The notes under the pieces: generated by a model
Told to the model about the DNA's origin: nothing
What the model saw: the letters and a program-made list of their open reading frames with translations, nothing else
Database searches by the model: none
IMG/VR virus record: IMGVR_UViG_3300036766_000644
Span: 112,685-176,684 of that record
Strand: one strand, 5' to 3'
DNA length: 64,000 nucleotides
Source: a virus
Position numbers and translations under genes: made by a program
Shown: positions 20,020 through 29,172 of the stretch, in pieces
How positions within the stretch are numbered: position 1 is the first letter of the stretch
Layout: every line of letters starts with the position of its first letter

Positions 20020-22266
20020 ATGCGGTGCACAGGCTGTGGCTTCAATCTGACGGTCGAAGATGTCCCCAAGGACAGGCATTGTAACGCGTGCGGTGGGCAT
20101 GTCGTGTTCGACGCAGACGATTTTCTTTTGCGTCAGCACGGGGCTCCTGGGCGAGATATCCGCTCGGAGCAGGTGAAGATGGGTCGGTTGGTTGAGAAGG
20201 TGATTCGCGAACACGGCGTCGCCTTCATCGAAGCTCCCGTTGGCTCCGGGAAGTCCGATGCGTACGGCGTCCCTTCCATCAACACGGTGGCGAAGAACTC
20301 GGGGTACACCCTCAAGGGTCTGACGGGGACGTTACCCAGTAAACTGCAGGTGAAAGACCTGAAGCCGCGGATTGTCATCTCGACGGCTAAAAAGAATCTC
20401 CAACACCAGATCGCAGAGAAGGACCTCCCCTTCATCAAGGCACGGCACGGGGAGACGGGGATCGGGATCGCGATCCTCAAAGGCAAGGGCAACTACGCTT
20501 GCCGCCTGAAAGCGGATACGTCTCTCGAGCCGAAGGACAAAGCGCAGTTCACCGCGTGGCTCGACAAGACTCCCGGTGAAGATCTTTCTGATTTCCCGGG
20601 GCGTCGTCCTCCGTACCTCTTCGACGTGACCGCAGAAGATTGCGTCGGCAAGAGCTGTGAGTACGCCTACGATGAACCGGGCGTAGGCATCAAGTGCGGA
20701 TACTGGCGGGCCAAGGCGACTGCAGCCAAGGCCAGCATCATCGTCACCAATCACCACGTCGTGGCATACGACCTTCGGTTCGGTCCCGGCATCATCATCG
20801 GGCCGTACACGACGTTGATCCTGGACGAAGCGCACCAGGCGCCCTCTTCATTTAGGGCCGCGTTCTCGACGGTGGTGACGCAAGGAGCTCCGACTCGCAT
20901 CATTCGGCAGATGGACGCCGCGGGTATTCGTGGCGGCTTCGACACTGCGATCCGTGATGCGTGGAAGAACATGTTCGACCCGCTGGTGAGCACCGACGGG
21001 GAGATTCCGAAAGATCCCTTCGGCGCCGCAGGCACGGAGTCCGTAGCCATCCTGTCCGAGATGTCCGTAGCGGTGGCGAAGGAAGCGAATGACCTCGGCT
21101 GGTCTTCGTTGCCGGGCTGGGACATCACGCAGCTCCCGAACAAGAGCGCACGCACGCAGTTGATGGCCGTGTTGGCACTCAAGAAGAATCTCGAGCGCAC
21201 GACACAAGCACTGAACAACGCGAAGGATCCGGGCGACAACACGGTCCTCTACGTGAGCACGTCCGACAAGGGGCTGAAGCGCTTGACGCTGGCGCCTATC
21301 TCCGTCGGGAAGCTCGTCGGTCCCAAGCTCCAGATGATTCCTTCTGTCGTCATCACCAGCGCTACGATGGCGATCGGAGGGAAGTTCGAAGACGCGAAGT
21401 ACCAGCTCGGCCTCAACTGGGCGAGCTACAACGACGAAGAGGGCGCCCCTCAAGCACCCAAGGTCATCCACGAGCTCATCCTGGGGACCCCCTTCAACTA
21501 CGACAAGCAGGCGCTGCTCTACACGCCGAGGCACATTCCAATTCCTGTGGGGGCGACCTCGCCGGACCGGATGAAGTACATATCGGCCCTGATCAGCGAA
21601 TGTTCTCGACTCATCAAGGCGTCCAACGGCAATGCTTTCATCCTGTTCACCGCGAACCAGGACCTCAACGACGTTTACGAAGGGCTGCAGGAGGAAGGAC
21701 TCACGCAGCCTCTCATCGTCCAAGAGGAAGACGCCGCAGCGACGCTGAAGGTGTTCATGGCGACGCCGCACAGCGTTCTCTTGGGGGTCAAGAGCTTCTG
21801 GGAGGGCGTCGACGTACAAGGTCAGAAGCTACAGCTCGTGGTGATCACGAAGCTCCCCTTCCCCGCAGTGACCGATCCCGTGCTCCAGGCGAGGTCACGC
21901 CAGCTCATCGCGGAGCAGGTGGCCCAAGGGGTGTCGGCAGATACCGCGAAGGGCGCGGTGTTCAGCCGCCTCCAGATCCCGCACATGCTCACAGAGCTTC
22001 GGCAAGGCGCAGGTCGTCTTATCCGAGCGCGCACTGACCGCGGCGTCCTGGCCATCCTGGACTCGCGGATCTTCACCGGAAATTCGAAGGACAAGCCGAC
22101 TCCGACGCAGACGTCGTATCGGGGATACGGCAAGCTCGCCGCGGATGCGACGGGCTTCAACAACCACATCTTCGACTTCGAGGTCATCCAGCGGATGTTC
22201 GCGCAGTGGAACGAACGAGAGGAGGCACGCCGTGCAGCAGCGACGAAAAGTAATCCGCCACTCTGA
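20020..22266 (+). CDS. DinG/Rad3(XPD)-like superfamily-2 DNA helicase with Fe-S domain and N-terminal zinc ribbon
   Basis: Walker A is APVGSGKS and the DEAH box is LILDEAHQ. The four cysteines come from GNYACRLK, EDCVGKSCEY and IKCGYW, placed like an Fe-S insertion. The N-terminus has CxxC..CxxC (MRCTGCG...CNACGG). The ORF is 748 aa. Confidence 0.7.
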   Translation: MRCTGCGFNLTVEDVPKDRHCNACGGHVVFDADDFLLRQHGAPGRDIRSEQVKMGRLVEKVIREHGVAFIEAPVGSGKSDAYGVPSINTVAKNSGYTLKGLTGTLPSKLQVKDLKPRIVISTAKKNLQHQIAEKDLPFIKARHGETGIGIAILKGKGNYACRLKADTSLEPKDKAQFTAWLDKTPGEDLSDFPGRRPPYLFDVTAEDCVGKSCEYAYDEPGVGIKCGYWRAKATAAKASIIVTNHHVVAYDLRFGPGIIIGPYTTLILDEAHQAPSSFRAAFSTVVTQGAPTRIIRQMDAAGIRGGFDTAIRDAWKNMFDPLVSTDGEIPKDPFGAAGTESVAILSEMSVAVAKEANDLGWSSLPGWDITQLPNKSARTQLMAVLALKKNLERTTQALNNAKDPGDNTVLYVSTSDKGLKRLTLAPISVGKLVGPKLQMIPSVVITSATMAIGGKFEDAKYQLGLNWASYNDEEGAPQAPKVIHELILGTPFNYDKQALLYTPRHIPIPVGATSPDRMKYISALISECSRLIKASNGNAFILFTANQDLNDVYEGLQEEGLTQPLIVQEEDAAATLKVFMATPHSVLLGVKSFWEGVDVQGQKLQLVVITKLPFPAVTDPVLQARSRQLIAEQVAQGVSADTAKGAVFSRLQIPHMLTELRQGAGRLIRARTDRGVLAILDSRIFTGNSKDKPTPTQTSYRGYGKLAADATGFNNHIFDFEVIQRMFAQWNEREEARRAAATKSNPPL

Positions 22267-22474
22267 GGCGTACCAAGTCCTCTTGGATCATTTGATGTGC
22301 ATGCGCGTTAAGCACGACAAGACGCAGAGCGACGTTGCGAAGGGCCTGAACCTCTCGAGGAGTCAATACACCGCCCTCGAGGGGGGAAGGTCCCTCCTCA
22401 ACGTCGACCATCTTTGTAGTCTCGCCCATTTTTACGATCAAAGTGTTTCTGATTTCTTGGTCGGGGTGCTGTGA
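22232..22474 (+). CDS. XRE-family helix-turn-helix transcriptional regulator
   Basis: SDVAKGLNLSRSQYTALEGG is the HTH_3 signature. A GTG start at 22232 is preceded by GAGGAGG 8 nt upstream. The track ORF 22145..22474 would overlap the helicase C-terminus. Confidence 0.55.
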   Translation: MQQRRKVIRHSEAYQVLLDHLMCMRVKHDKTQSDVAKGLNLSRSQYTALEGGRSLLNVDHLCSLAHFYDQSVSDFLVGVL

Positions 22475-22564
22475 TGCCCCGCCCCGCAGGTTCACGCGTT
22501 GTCATTTGCTCCTGCGGCCGACGTTGCGTCGGTCAGCCGGGGAAGCGCGTAACCTGCGGGGGAT

Positions 22565-23080
22565 GTGGTAAGAGGATCGCGATTCCGAAGCGGAGGCCGA
22601 GTGTCTAACATCCGGTACGTGGTAGCCGTCAACTTCGTTCGCGGTCAGCGCCTTGCTGCCTCGGCGGTCGTATACGCTTCCAGCGTCCCTGAGCCTTCGT
22701 TCGCGTACACCATCAAGGGGCGCAGCCGAGTCGCGTACTTGTACCGTCAGGGGGACCGAGTACCCCCATCCCTCGACGCAGCCCTCGCCGAGCACATAAA
22801 AGGTACCGCCGTGAGTTGGTCCCTGATGCTCGGGCACCCAGACTGTGACCCTGAGTTCGCGATGGCGCTCGCCGTTATGCGCGCTCTCGAGCTCTGGTCG
22901 TGCCGTCAGTCGGTACTCCCTAGTCTCTCCGAGATCGATATTCTACTCCCCTCCAAGAAGCGCTTAGTGTTGACGCCCGATGTTTTGAAGCAACATCCAA
23001 AGACGAAAGATTGGCACACGGCCGCCGCCAGGGCTCTGTGCCGATACCGCGTTTCCCAGGAGTCCCATGCCCACAGCTAG
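22565..23080 (+). CDS. hypothetical protein (171 aa)
   Basis: ORF with codon bias in the early region. Confidence 0.35.
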   Translation: MVRGSRFRSGGRVSNIRYVVAVNFVRGQRLAASAVVYASSVPEPSFAYTIKGRSRVAYLYRQGDRVPPSLDAALAEHIKGTAVSWSLMLGHPDCDPEFAMALAVMRALELWSCRQSVLPSLSEIDILLPSKKRLVLTPDVLKQHPKTKDWHTAAARALCRYRVSQESHAHS

Positions 23081-23297
23081 CGTTTACCCTCGGTGCAACG
23101 GAGGTACGTGCATCCGGTGCCGCAAGAAGTTTGAGCGCGGAGATCGCGTTCAGATCGTCAACATTATTGAGCAAGTAGGCCCGAACCCCAGTAACCCGCG
23201 AGAGGTAGGCTCGTGGTTCTCTGGTGAGTTCGAGGTCAGTCACGTAGAGTGCGCGGACACCACACTCGACGGGACCATCATCGTTGGTGGGCGCTAA
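23067..23297 (+). CDS. small zinc-ribbon protein (76 aa)
   Basis: CNGGTC..CRKKF pair plus a downstream H/C. Short overlap with both neighbours. Confidence 0.35.
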   Translation: MPTASVYPRCNGGTCIRCRKKFERGDRVQIVNIIEQVGPNPSNPREVGSWFSGEFEVSHVECADTTLDGTIIVGGR

Positions 23298-23779
23298 TGA
23301 AGAAGCGCGCCGGTATTTTTGATCCGTGGCGGCAGACGGAGCAGCCGCTCGTCGATGATACGCCAGCCCGAAAGACTCCGTCGGAGTACCCCGTAGATGA
23401 TGTTGAGACTCCGGCACAACACTGCGTACAGTTCAACGGCCTCCGCGCGGGATTGTACGTTTGGATGCACGACGTCGGGGAAGAAGACAGTTCCCGTGCT
23501 CGTCAGACCTTGGTAGACCTGGTTCACCGAGTGAACGCTCGCGACGCCATTTCAAAAATTCTACAGGGGTGGGGCGTCTACATTGGGACGCCCAAACAAC
23601 CGTTCCCCGTCGTCCTAGGGGACGGAGTAAAGAAGGTGACCATCAGCGTCCCCGTGGATGATCGACTTGTGCCTCGAGCCATCGATAGTCTGTCCCTTGC
23701 GTTGCGTGAGGTTGCCCAGCAGTTCCCCGATGTCCGCGACATGTTGGTCGCGTTGAAGGTTCGCCCGTACGTCAAATAG
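23297..23779 (+). CDS. hypothetical protein (about 160 aa)
   Basis: An in-frame ATG at 23297 forms TAATGA with the upstream stop. The longer track start lies inside the previous gene. Confidence 0.4.
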   Translation: MKKRAGIFDPWRQTEQPLVDDTPARKTPSEYPVDDVETPAQHCVQFNGLRAGLYVWMHDVGEEDSSRARQTLVDLVHRVNARDAISKILQGWGVYIGTPKQPFPVVLGDGVKKVTISVPVDDRLVPRAIDSLSLALREVAQQFPDVRDMLVALKVRPYVK

Positions 23780-23788
23780 GAGAAACAC

Positions 23789-24025
23789 ATGAACAAGGTG
23801 AAGTGCAAAGACTGTCGTCACTACGACACCATCCGCAGCGGCCAGACCAAGAACCCACAGCACGGCTGGTGCGCCGCGAAGTCCATCTACCCTTTCAAGG
23901 AGAGCGTCGGGCAGGTGTTTCCCCTCAACGTGAAGCGGCGTGAGTCCGCGGAGATTCCCGCGAAGCCTGAGATCGTAACGGGCGCTGGCGTCGTGGCCAA
24001 TTGCTCCCAGGTGTCCGCGAAATGA
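23789..24025 (+). CDS. small Cys-containing protein (78 aa)
   Basis: AGGAG RBS 8 nt upstream. CKDCRHYD ... WCAAK motif. Confidence 0.4.
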   Translation: MNKVKCKDCRHYDTIRSGQTKNPQHGWCAAKSIYPFKESVGQVFPLNVKRRESAEIPAKPEIVTGAGVVANCSQVSAK

Positions 24026-24378
24026 CAACGCGTAAGACGAAGGTTCCTGATGGCCGGGGCGGGTGGACGGAGATCGAAGGTGAGCTACTCCCTGGTGGTG
24101 CCATGGACGCCAAGAAACAGGAGGAGGCTCGCCAGAAGCAGTTTATCGACGAAGCTGCGTCGATCACGGAACAGCTCGTACTGTTCGATCGCCCCATCCT
24201 CAAAGAGCGTGGTTTGGGGAAGGAGCACCGCGCGTTCGCAGCGGCGCTCTACTGCATCAACCTCCGCGAGACGTACCCTGGCGCCGACAACAAGACGCCG
24301 GATCCGGCAGCGTTCGACGCTATCGCAAAGATGGCCGCTGACTACTACGACGCCAACGACCCAAAGAAGAAGAGGTGA
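24022..24378 (+). CDS. hypothetical protein (118 aa)
   Basis: The ATG at 24022 overlaps the upstream stop (ATGA). The product is charged and helical. Confidence 0.4.
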   Translation: MTTRKTKVPDGRGGWTEIEGELLPGGAMDAKKQEEARQKQFIDEAASITEQLVLFDRPILKERGLGKEHRAFAAALYCINLRETYPGADNKTPDPAAFDAIAKMAADYYDANDPKKKR

Positions 24379-24381
24379 CTC

Positions 24382-24705
24382 GTGGCCAGCGTACCCTATC
24401 CGGAGAAAGCTTTCCTACAACTGATGGCGCGGCGAGTACTCAAGTACTCGAGGGAGGCCGCTGAACGCGGGGAGACGTACAACGATCTTTCAGGTTTTTC
24501 CCCGCTTCAGTGTGGCGTACGCGCCAAGTTTCGTTTTGAGCCAGCCCCTGGGGGGTACATCCCAGTTGTAAGCATCCGGCCTGGCCCTTCTTTTTCGGCT
24601 TCCGAGTTGAAGGAGATCGCAGCAGAGATTCTTGATGCTCCGGTGAAACTTCGTCAAGCCGCAGCGGATGACCTAGAATACGTCCGCGAAACGGATGCTG
24701 GGTGA
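24382..24705 (+). CDS. hypothetical protein (107 aa)
   Basis: GTG start 4 nt after the previous stop. Codon bias present. Confidence 0.35.
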   Translation: MASVPYPEKAFLQLMARRVLKYSREAAERGETYNDLSGFSPLQCGVRAKFRFEPAPGGYIPVVSIRPGPSFSASELKEIAAEILDAPVKLRQAAADDLEYVRETDAG

Positions 24706-24737
24706 GGTAGTGTGCCCGGCTCACGGAGGAATCGACC

Positions 24738-25370
24738 ATGAAGAACTTCATTCTCTGCTGTGCCCTTCTCTGCTCCCCGCTGGCCTTCGCGGAGGACGCA
24801 GGTGCCTTCGTCATTGATGCCGGTACTGTTGAGGTGGAGCTCGCAGTTCCTGCGGCGGTAGTTGACGCGGGGGTAATCCTCACTCCGTCCCTGGATGAGC
24901 CTCTGACGTCGGCGCACGGATTTTACATGGCCGTCAAGACGGGCAATGGGTGGCTCGCCGCGATGTTCATGTTGTTCTTCTTCGTTGGCGCTATCCGGAT
25001 CATCGGAAAGCGGATTCACGCAATGATCCCGGACGACACCAAGAACAAGTTCCTCGTCCCGGTAGAGAAGGTGTTGTACTTCATCTTCGACACCAAGATC
25101 GGGGGCTGGCTACTCAACTGGATGTCCGCTATCGGCGGGTGCCTCTCGTCCGCGGCGATGGCGGGGGTCCCCGTGGACTCGAAGGCGTGGAAGGTCGCCA
25201 TCCTGGCATCGACCGGCGGTACCGCGCTCATCGAGCTCAAGGACGACGTGATGGAGTGGTGGGACAAGAAGAACGCTGACAAGGCCGCAGCTACAGCTGA
25301 AGAGGCGGCTAAAAAAGTCGCAGTTGTCACTCCCGCAGAGGCACCCCCCGCCGAGCCTCCGAAGCCGTAA
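24738..25370 (+). CDS. secreted/membrane protein with signal peptide and internal TM segments
   Basis: MKNFILCCALLCSPLAFA is a signal peptide, followed by two hydrophobic helices and an Ala/Glu/Lys-rich tail. GGAGG RBS upstream. Confidence 0.5.
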   Translation: MKNFILCCALLCSPLAFAEDAGAFVIDAGTVEVELAVPAAVVDAGVILTPSLDEPLTSAHGFYMAVKTGNGWLAAMFMLFFFVGAIRIIGKRIHAMIPDDTKNKFLVPVEKVLYFIFDTKIGGWLLNWMSAIGGCLSSAAMAGVPVDSKAWKVAILASTGGTALIELKDDVMEWWDKKNADKAAATAEEAAKKVAVVTPAEAPPAEPPKP

Positions 25371-25372
25371 CC

Positions 25373-25813
25373 ATGGCCCCGGGTCCATCCAATAAGCCGA
25401 AGCTGTTCCTGGCTCTGGATGGGCCCGTGTTGATTCCGTCTTCGCTTCACGACCGCGACGCGTATCTCGGTTCCGCCGTAGCGCCGTATGCGAAGGCCTT
25501 CCTGCACTGGGCTACCCAGCATTTCGATGTACGCTGGCTCTCTGAGCGCGGTCCCGCTCATGCCGCCTACGTCGCAAACTTGTTGTCTCTCCCGGCGGAC
25601 AGGATTCCCTTCGCCGGGTACCTCGACTCTAAAGTCGAGGCGATCTCTCCGCATAAAGACTTCTACTGGGTTGACTCTGAACTGATTCCCCACGAGGTCT
25701 CTTGGTTGGCGCAACATGGTCACGTAGACCGCCTCATCACGGTTGACCCCTCAGTCGGGGTGTCTACGGACGTCAAGAAGGCGCTTGAAGCGCGCGCAAT
25801 GTACCAACGGTAA
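25373..25813 (+). CDS. hypothetical protein (146 aa), possible degenerate HAD-like fold
   Basis: The N-terminus KLFLALDGPVL resembles HAD motif I but lacks the second Asp. The gene is coupled to the upstream gene with a 2-nt gap. Confidence 0.35.
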   Translation: MAPGPSNKPKLFLALDGPVLIPSSLHDRDAYLGSAVAPYAKAFLHWATQHFDVRWLSERGPAHAAYVANLLSLPADRIPFAGYLDSKVEAISPHKDFYWVDSELIPHEVSWLAQHGHVDRLITVDPSVGVSTDVKKALEARAMYQR

Positions 25814-25819
25814 AGACCA

Positions 25820-26104
25820 ATGTCAGACGAAGTGATCCCCTGCACGGACTGTCGTTCGGATTTCACCTTTACGGCCAGCGAAGCTACTTTTTTTGCCTCG
25901 AAGGGGCTCACCAAGCCCCGGCGGTGTAAGATCTGCCGTCAAAAGCGTAAGGACGCGAAGGCTGTGGAAGGGGGAGCTGCGACCCCAGCACCTCCTGCGA
26001 AGGGGCGGACAACTCAGTGGGTTGGCGGCGGCGAGCAGGAAGCCCCGCGGCGCAGCAAAGGTAGTCGCCGTCGAGATCACAACTCCGACGACTCCGGGTT
26101 CTAA
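25820..26104 (+). CDS. zinc-ribbon protein (94 aa) with basic C-terminus
   Basis: IPCTDCRSD ... RRCKICRQKRK, that is two CxxC pairs, then an Arg/Lys-rich tail. Confidence 0.45.
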   Translation: MSDEVIPCTDCRSDFTFTASEATFFASKGLTKPRRCKICRQKRKDAKAVEGGAATPAPPAKGRTTQWVGGGEQEAPRRSKGSRRRDHNSDDSGF

Positions 26105-26211
26105 AAGGCCTGTAAAGAATGGGTACAAGATCATAGTGCAGCTTAGCTATGCCCCTGTTCACCCATCCTCGAATGGCGTAAGAACGGCGGTTCCACCCTA
26201 GGAGGCCGTTC

Positions 26212-26547
26212 ATGGTACAGCTGCGCCCGTTGACGCTGTTAGTACTCATCGCACTGCCACCTGTGGTGGCGGTCGCGGTTACCGCTGGATTTACGTCCGA
26301 GTACTACGGGCGAAAGATCGAGAGGCTCGCAGAAGAACGTAAAATCTACGCTACCCTCGCAGACTCCGCGCTGGGTCTGAGCGATAGGGCTTTCATTTTC
26401 GCCCACGGGTACCAGGAGACGTTGGACATTTGTCTGTCGCGTGTCTATGCGCCTACCGCGATGGCCGCTGAACTGGTGCCGCCTACAACCCGCAAAGGAG
26501 GACTCGGTGGACCTAGCACTGTACGGGAACAAAGCCGACTACCTTGA
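26212..26547 (+). CDS. small membrane protein (111 aa)
   Basis: AGGAGG RBS. The N-terminal TM helix is LTLLVLIALPPVVAVAVTAGF. Confidence 0.35.
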   Translation: MVQLRPLTLLVLIALPPVVAVAVTAGFTSEYYGRKIERLAEERKIYATLADSALGLSDRAFIFAHGYQETLDICLSRVYAPTAMAAELVPPTTRKGGLGGPSTVREQSRLP

Positions 26548-27124
26548 CCGGTATAGGGGACATGTTGCGATCAACGTGAAGTACTACGGGGATCCGAAGA
26601 TTTCTAAGGAGACCCTCGCTGTTCTGGCGAAGCTTGATGGCGCTACACGTGAGCAGGTACTGCGTTTCGCAGAAGAAGGTCTTCGAGAGAGTTGGTGGGC
26701 CGGAGCACAAGAACGAGCGCGCAACCTTGGCCTCGGTGATCTCTGGAGTGAAGGTCGCTCGGGAGGCTGGCTCGTGCTCAAGATGACTGTGAGTGAGCTC
26801 GAGACCTTGGTGGACGACGCAGAGATGCGCTGCGCCAACTGCCAGCAGAGCTACGCTAAGCACACCGAGGGTAAATGCCTATTCGACTCGACGACATACG
26901 CCTCAGGGCTCCCGTCGTGCGAGATGATCTGGGCCAACCTCAAGGAATTCGCACTTGAAATGAAGGACTCTCTCCAGACGGCTGGAGACACCTTCGAAGA
27001 AGAAATTCTTTTTCAGTTGGAGAACATCGATGACGACGCGGCAACTGGATTTTCTGCCACCGGAGGAGGAGAGTCTAACCCCACCGCCTTCGACGAAGTC
27101 CCAGAAGAAGAAGCAGGAACCTGA
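26507..27124 (+). CDS. Cys-His motif family protein (paralogue 1 of 5)
   Basis: GTG start with AGGAGG 8 nt upstream. It contains RCANCQQSYAKHTEGKCLFDSTTY, matching the motif C-x2-C-x5-7-H-x3-4-G-x-C-[LP]-F-[DE]-x-T. This motif recurs in four other genes of this window. Confidence 0.5.
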   Translation: MDLALYGNKADYLDRYRGHVAINVKYYGDPKISKETLAVLAKLDGATREQVLRFAEEGLRESWWAGAQERARNLGLGDLWSEGRSGGWLVLKMTVSELETLVDDAEMRCANCQQSYAKHTEGKCLFDSTTYASGLPSCEMIWANLKEFALEMKDSLQTAGDTFEEEILFQLENIDDDAATGFSATGGGESNPTAFDEVPEEEAGT

Positions 27125-27422
27125 GCCCACGGATGGGCTCCCGAAGCCCACGTCTTCTGTGCCTAAGGGCCTGAACTCTTGGGGCGTGAAAGACCGTGCT
27201 GGTGAGTGGGTTCATGTCACCGATCACCCTTGGTTCTCTCCGCACCCGGCTAAGCACATTTCGAGAAAAGCAGCGCTCGATATTTTCAACCGGTACCCGG
27301 AAGCGTTTCAGCTGATCGATGGCTGCGATGTGTGGGCGTGCCTTTCTGATGAGGATGAAGTCTTCACTGTAGTCGAGGAGAAAAAAGATGTCCCTGCACC
27401 AGAAGGCGTACCGGGAGCCTGA
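27030..27422 (+). CDS. hypothetical protein (130 aa); start uncertain
   Basis: The ORF overlaps the previous gene by about 95 nt in another frame. The C-terminal two-thirds have good codon bias. Confidence 0.3.
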   Translation: MTTRQLDFLPPEEESLTPPPSTKSQKKKQEPEPTDGLPKPTSSVPKGLNSWGVKDRAGEWVHVTDHPWFSPHPAKHISRKAALDIFNRYPEAFQLIDGCDVWACLSDEDEVFTVVEEKKDVPAPEGVPGA

Positions 27423-27606
27423 AGCAATTGTCGTTGACCCCCGAACGTTGCACGCGCACATCCAGGCGCTTAGGGCTTCCCTCACGGAGATGGTCGAGAA
27501 GGGGGAAGGATGCCTTACGCAGTCCGACTGCGGCCCCGGCTGCTGTCGCTACGGTGATGCGAAACAGGTGCTGAGGGACACCGCGAATCTATACTTCCCC
27601 CCATGA
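27388..27606 (+). CDS. hypothetical protein (72 aa)
   Basis: Short ORF with CGPGCCRYGD at the C-terminus. Confidence 0.35.
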   Translation: MSLHQKAYREPEAIVVDPRTLHAHIQALRASLTEMVEKGEGCLTQSDCGPGCCRYGDAKQVLRDTANLYFPP

Positions 27607-28016
27607 GCGACGACAAATTCCACCTGGTGGTCGAGACTCCAGTCGGGACTCTTGACGAGACATTGAAGCTCGAGTGGGAGCGCTTGCAGTTCAAGCAGAC
27701 GGCCCTCGAGGATCTCATGGCGGAGCAGGAGCAGGCCTTCGAGGCGTTCTGGGACGCCGTCGAGCGCAAGTTCGGCCATCAAGCAGACGCCCTCAACGTC
27801 GCGCCTCGTTTCCTGATTACGGACGAGGGCGGCGTGTCGTTGGACGTGTGCCCCTGCCCCATCTGTCAGGCCCGCTGTCACGGCATCAGCGCCACCGAGG
27901 CGGTGGAGGCGATGTACAAGAGCGATCTGCTTCCGGAGCATGTTCTCGGGCACATGCGAAAGCGTGCCCAGGCAGTTGACTCGGCAAATGAAATGAGCAA
28001 GAAGATGAGGAACTAG
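27603..28016 (+). CDS. hypothetical protein (137 aa) with CPCPIC..C..H cluster
   Basis: ATGA coupling to the upstream gene. Cys cluster CPCPICQARCHG. Confidence 0.4.
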   Translation: MSDDKFHLVVETPVGTLDETLKLEWERLQFKQTALEDLMAEQEQAFEAFWDAVERKFGHQADALNVAPRFLITDEGGVSLDVCPCPICQARCHGISATEAVEAMYKSDLLPEHVLGHMRKRAQAVDSANEMSKKMRN

Positions 28017-28128
28017 GGACCAGCCGTCCCTTCGGCGAAAGCTGTTGCGTGGAAGTACACGGAGAAGCGTTTGACGCGGGCTACGCAGTAAACTGTGAGC
28101 CGCCCTTAAACAAGGCGGTGAACTTTCA

Positions 28129-28468
28129 GGGCCTGAATTGGACTCGATTGGGACCGTAAGATCTAGGCGCGTGCCGAGCTGGTTCACAAGCTCGTAAATC
28201 CAAGAGGACAAAACCAATAAAAGCCAACGACAACGTTGACTTCCCGCAGTACGCGCTCCGCGCAGCCTGAGGGACATCTGTGAGGTAGGAGCTCGAGTAG
28301 CTTACAGGTGCAACACACGAGCAAACGCGAAGAGGCTTCTCGGCCAGGTAATCGGCCTCTGGCGACATAGCAGAACGACCTGGTAGGACCCCGCCACGGG
28401 TAGTGGCTACGCACGTAGTGACGAAGACCAGAAAGTTTCAAGACCCCGGTTCGATTCCGGGCAGGTCC
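28129..28468 (+). ncRNA. ssrA: tmRNA (transfer-messenger RNA, SsrA), one-piece
   Basis: The 5' end GGGCCUGAAUUGGACUCGAUUGGGAC parallels the GGGGCUGAUUCUGGAUUCGACGGGA class of tmRNA 5' ends. The 5' acceptor strand gggcctg pairs with the 3' strand caggtcc, including a G3:U70 wobble, the alanine identity element. The 3' end has the T-arm cccgg-ttcgatt-ccggg followed by caggtcc, a discriminator A, and then CA; there is no genomic CCA. The internal reading frame gcc aac gac aac gtt gac ttc ccg cag tac gcg ctc cgc gca gcc tga encodes ANDNVDFPQYALRAA followed by a stop. Its ANDN start and Y-A-L near the end are typical of proteobacterial tags. The segment gcgtgccgag...ctcgtaaa resembles the pseudoknot-1 region of enterobacterial tmRNA. 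Confidence 0.85.
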
Positions 28469-28477
28469 ACATAGTTG

Positions 28478-28551
28478 ACGCGGGATAGATCAGTCCGGTA
28501 GATCGGTGGGCTCATAACCCACAGGCCGTCGGTTCAAATCCGACTCCCGCA
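28478..28551 (+). tRNA. tRNA-fMet (initiator, anticodon CAT)
   Basis: Acceptor cgcggga pairs with tcccgca, leaving a C1:A72 mismatch. The anticodon stem has three G-C pairs (gggctcataaccc). Both are bacterial initiator hallmarks. D-arm gatc-agtccggta-gatc; T-arm gtcgg-ttcaaat-ccgac. Confidence 0.8.
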
Positions 28552-29172
28552 ATGACGTTCACCGGTTGGCTCCGCAGAGCCACGAGTCCGGTGCGCAGGC
28601 GTACTGTCTACCTGAAATCTGCGGTGGTGGAGGCGCCGTTGTGGGCGCCCTTTGACGGGGTACGTGTCGTAGTTCGACGCAGGCATGCGGCCTGAACGGG
28701 CGCGTATTTGCAAGCCGTGGTGCTTCGAGCGGTCGTCGATTCGAAGTGTTGTCCGTTGGGCGTATGGCTAGGGTACTTGGGCAAGTCAGGCCAACTTCCT
28801 GAGACTGTCTGAGTAGTCACGACCGCTAAGTTCTGGGCGACACCCGGGGCAACGCGGTGCCTGATTTCCGATGTTCGGCTGAGAAAGACGCTGATCCATA
28901 GAAGCGGACAGTCTCGTAGTTCTGCGACGGCTGGAGTATCCGGGCCTAGTGGAGAGATGAAGACGTGGAGAATCGAAGTGCGCCTCATCAGTGCCTCCGT
29001 ACCGGCTGCAGCCGGGACCCGGGGGGAAAAGTCGGTGTCTTACCCAATCGAGGAGCGTCCGTAGACTTGCATGGCGTGTATCGGCGTCCTCGTCAGTTCG
29101 ACAACTCGCCACTACCTCGAGCGTGAGGGAAACATTGAGGCAGGACCCCTGGGACGACTCCCCAGGACTTTT

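Noticed and set aside
20848-21819. Minus-strand 323-aa ORF and other antisense ORFs inside the DinG-like helicase
   Set aside because: The helicase frame carries conserved Walker A, DEAH and Fe-S motifs. The antisense ORF is Arg-rich nonsense.
28126-28441. Minus-strand ORFs 28126..28368 and 28184..28441 (80-85 aa)
   Set aside because: They lie antisense to the tmRNA gene and have no RBS or codon bias. The tmRNA explains the sequence.
28552-29172. Possibility that the large spacer encodes RNase P RNA or a group I intron
   Set aside because: No P4 or CR-II conserved blocks are present, and no interrupted tRNA flanks the region.
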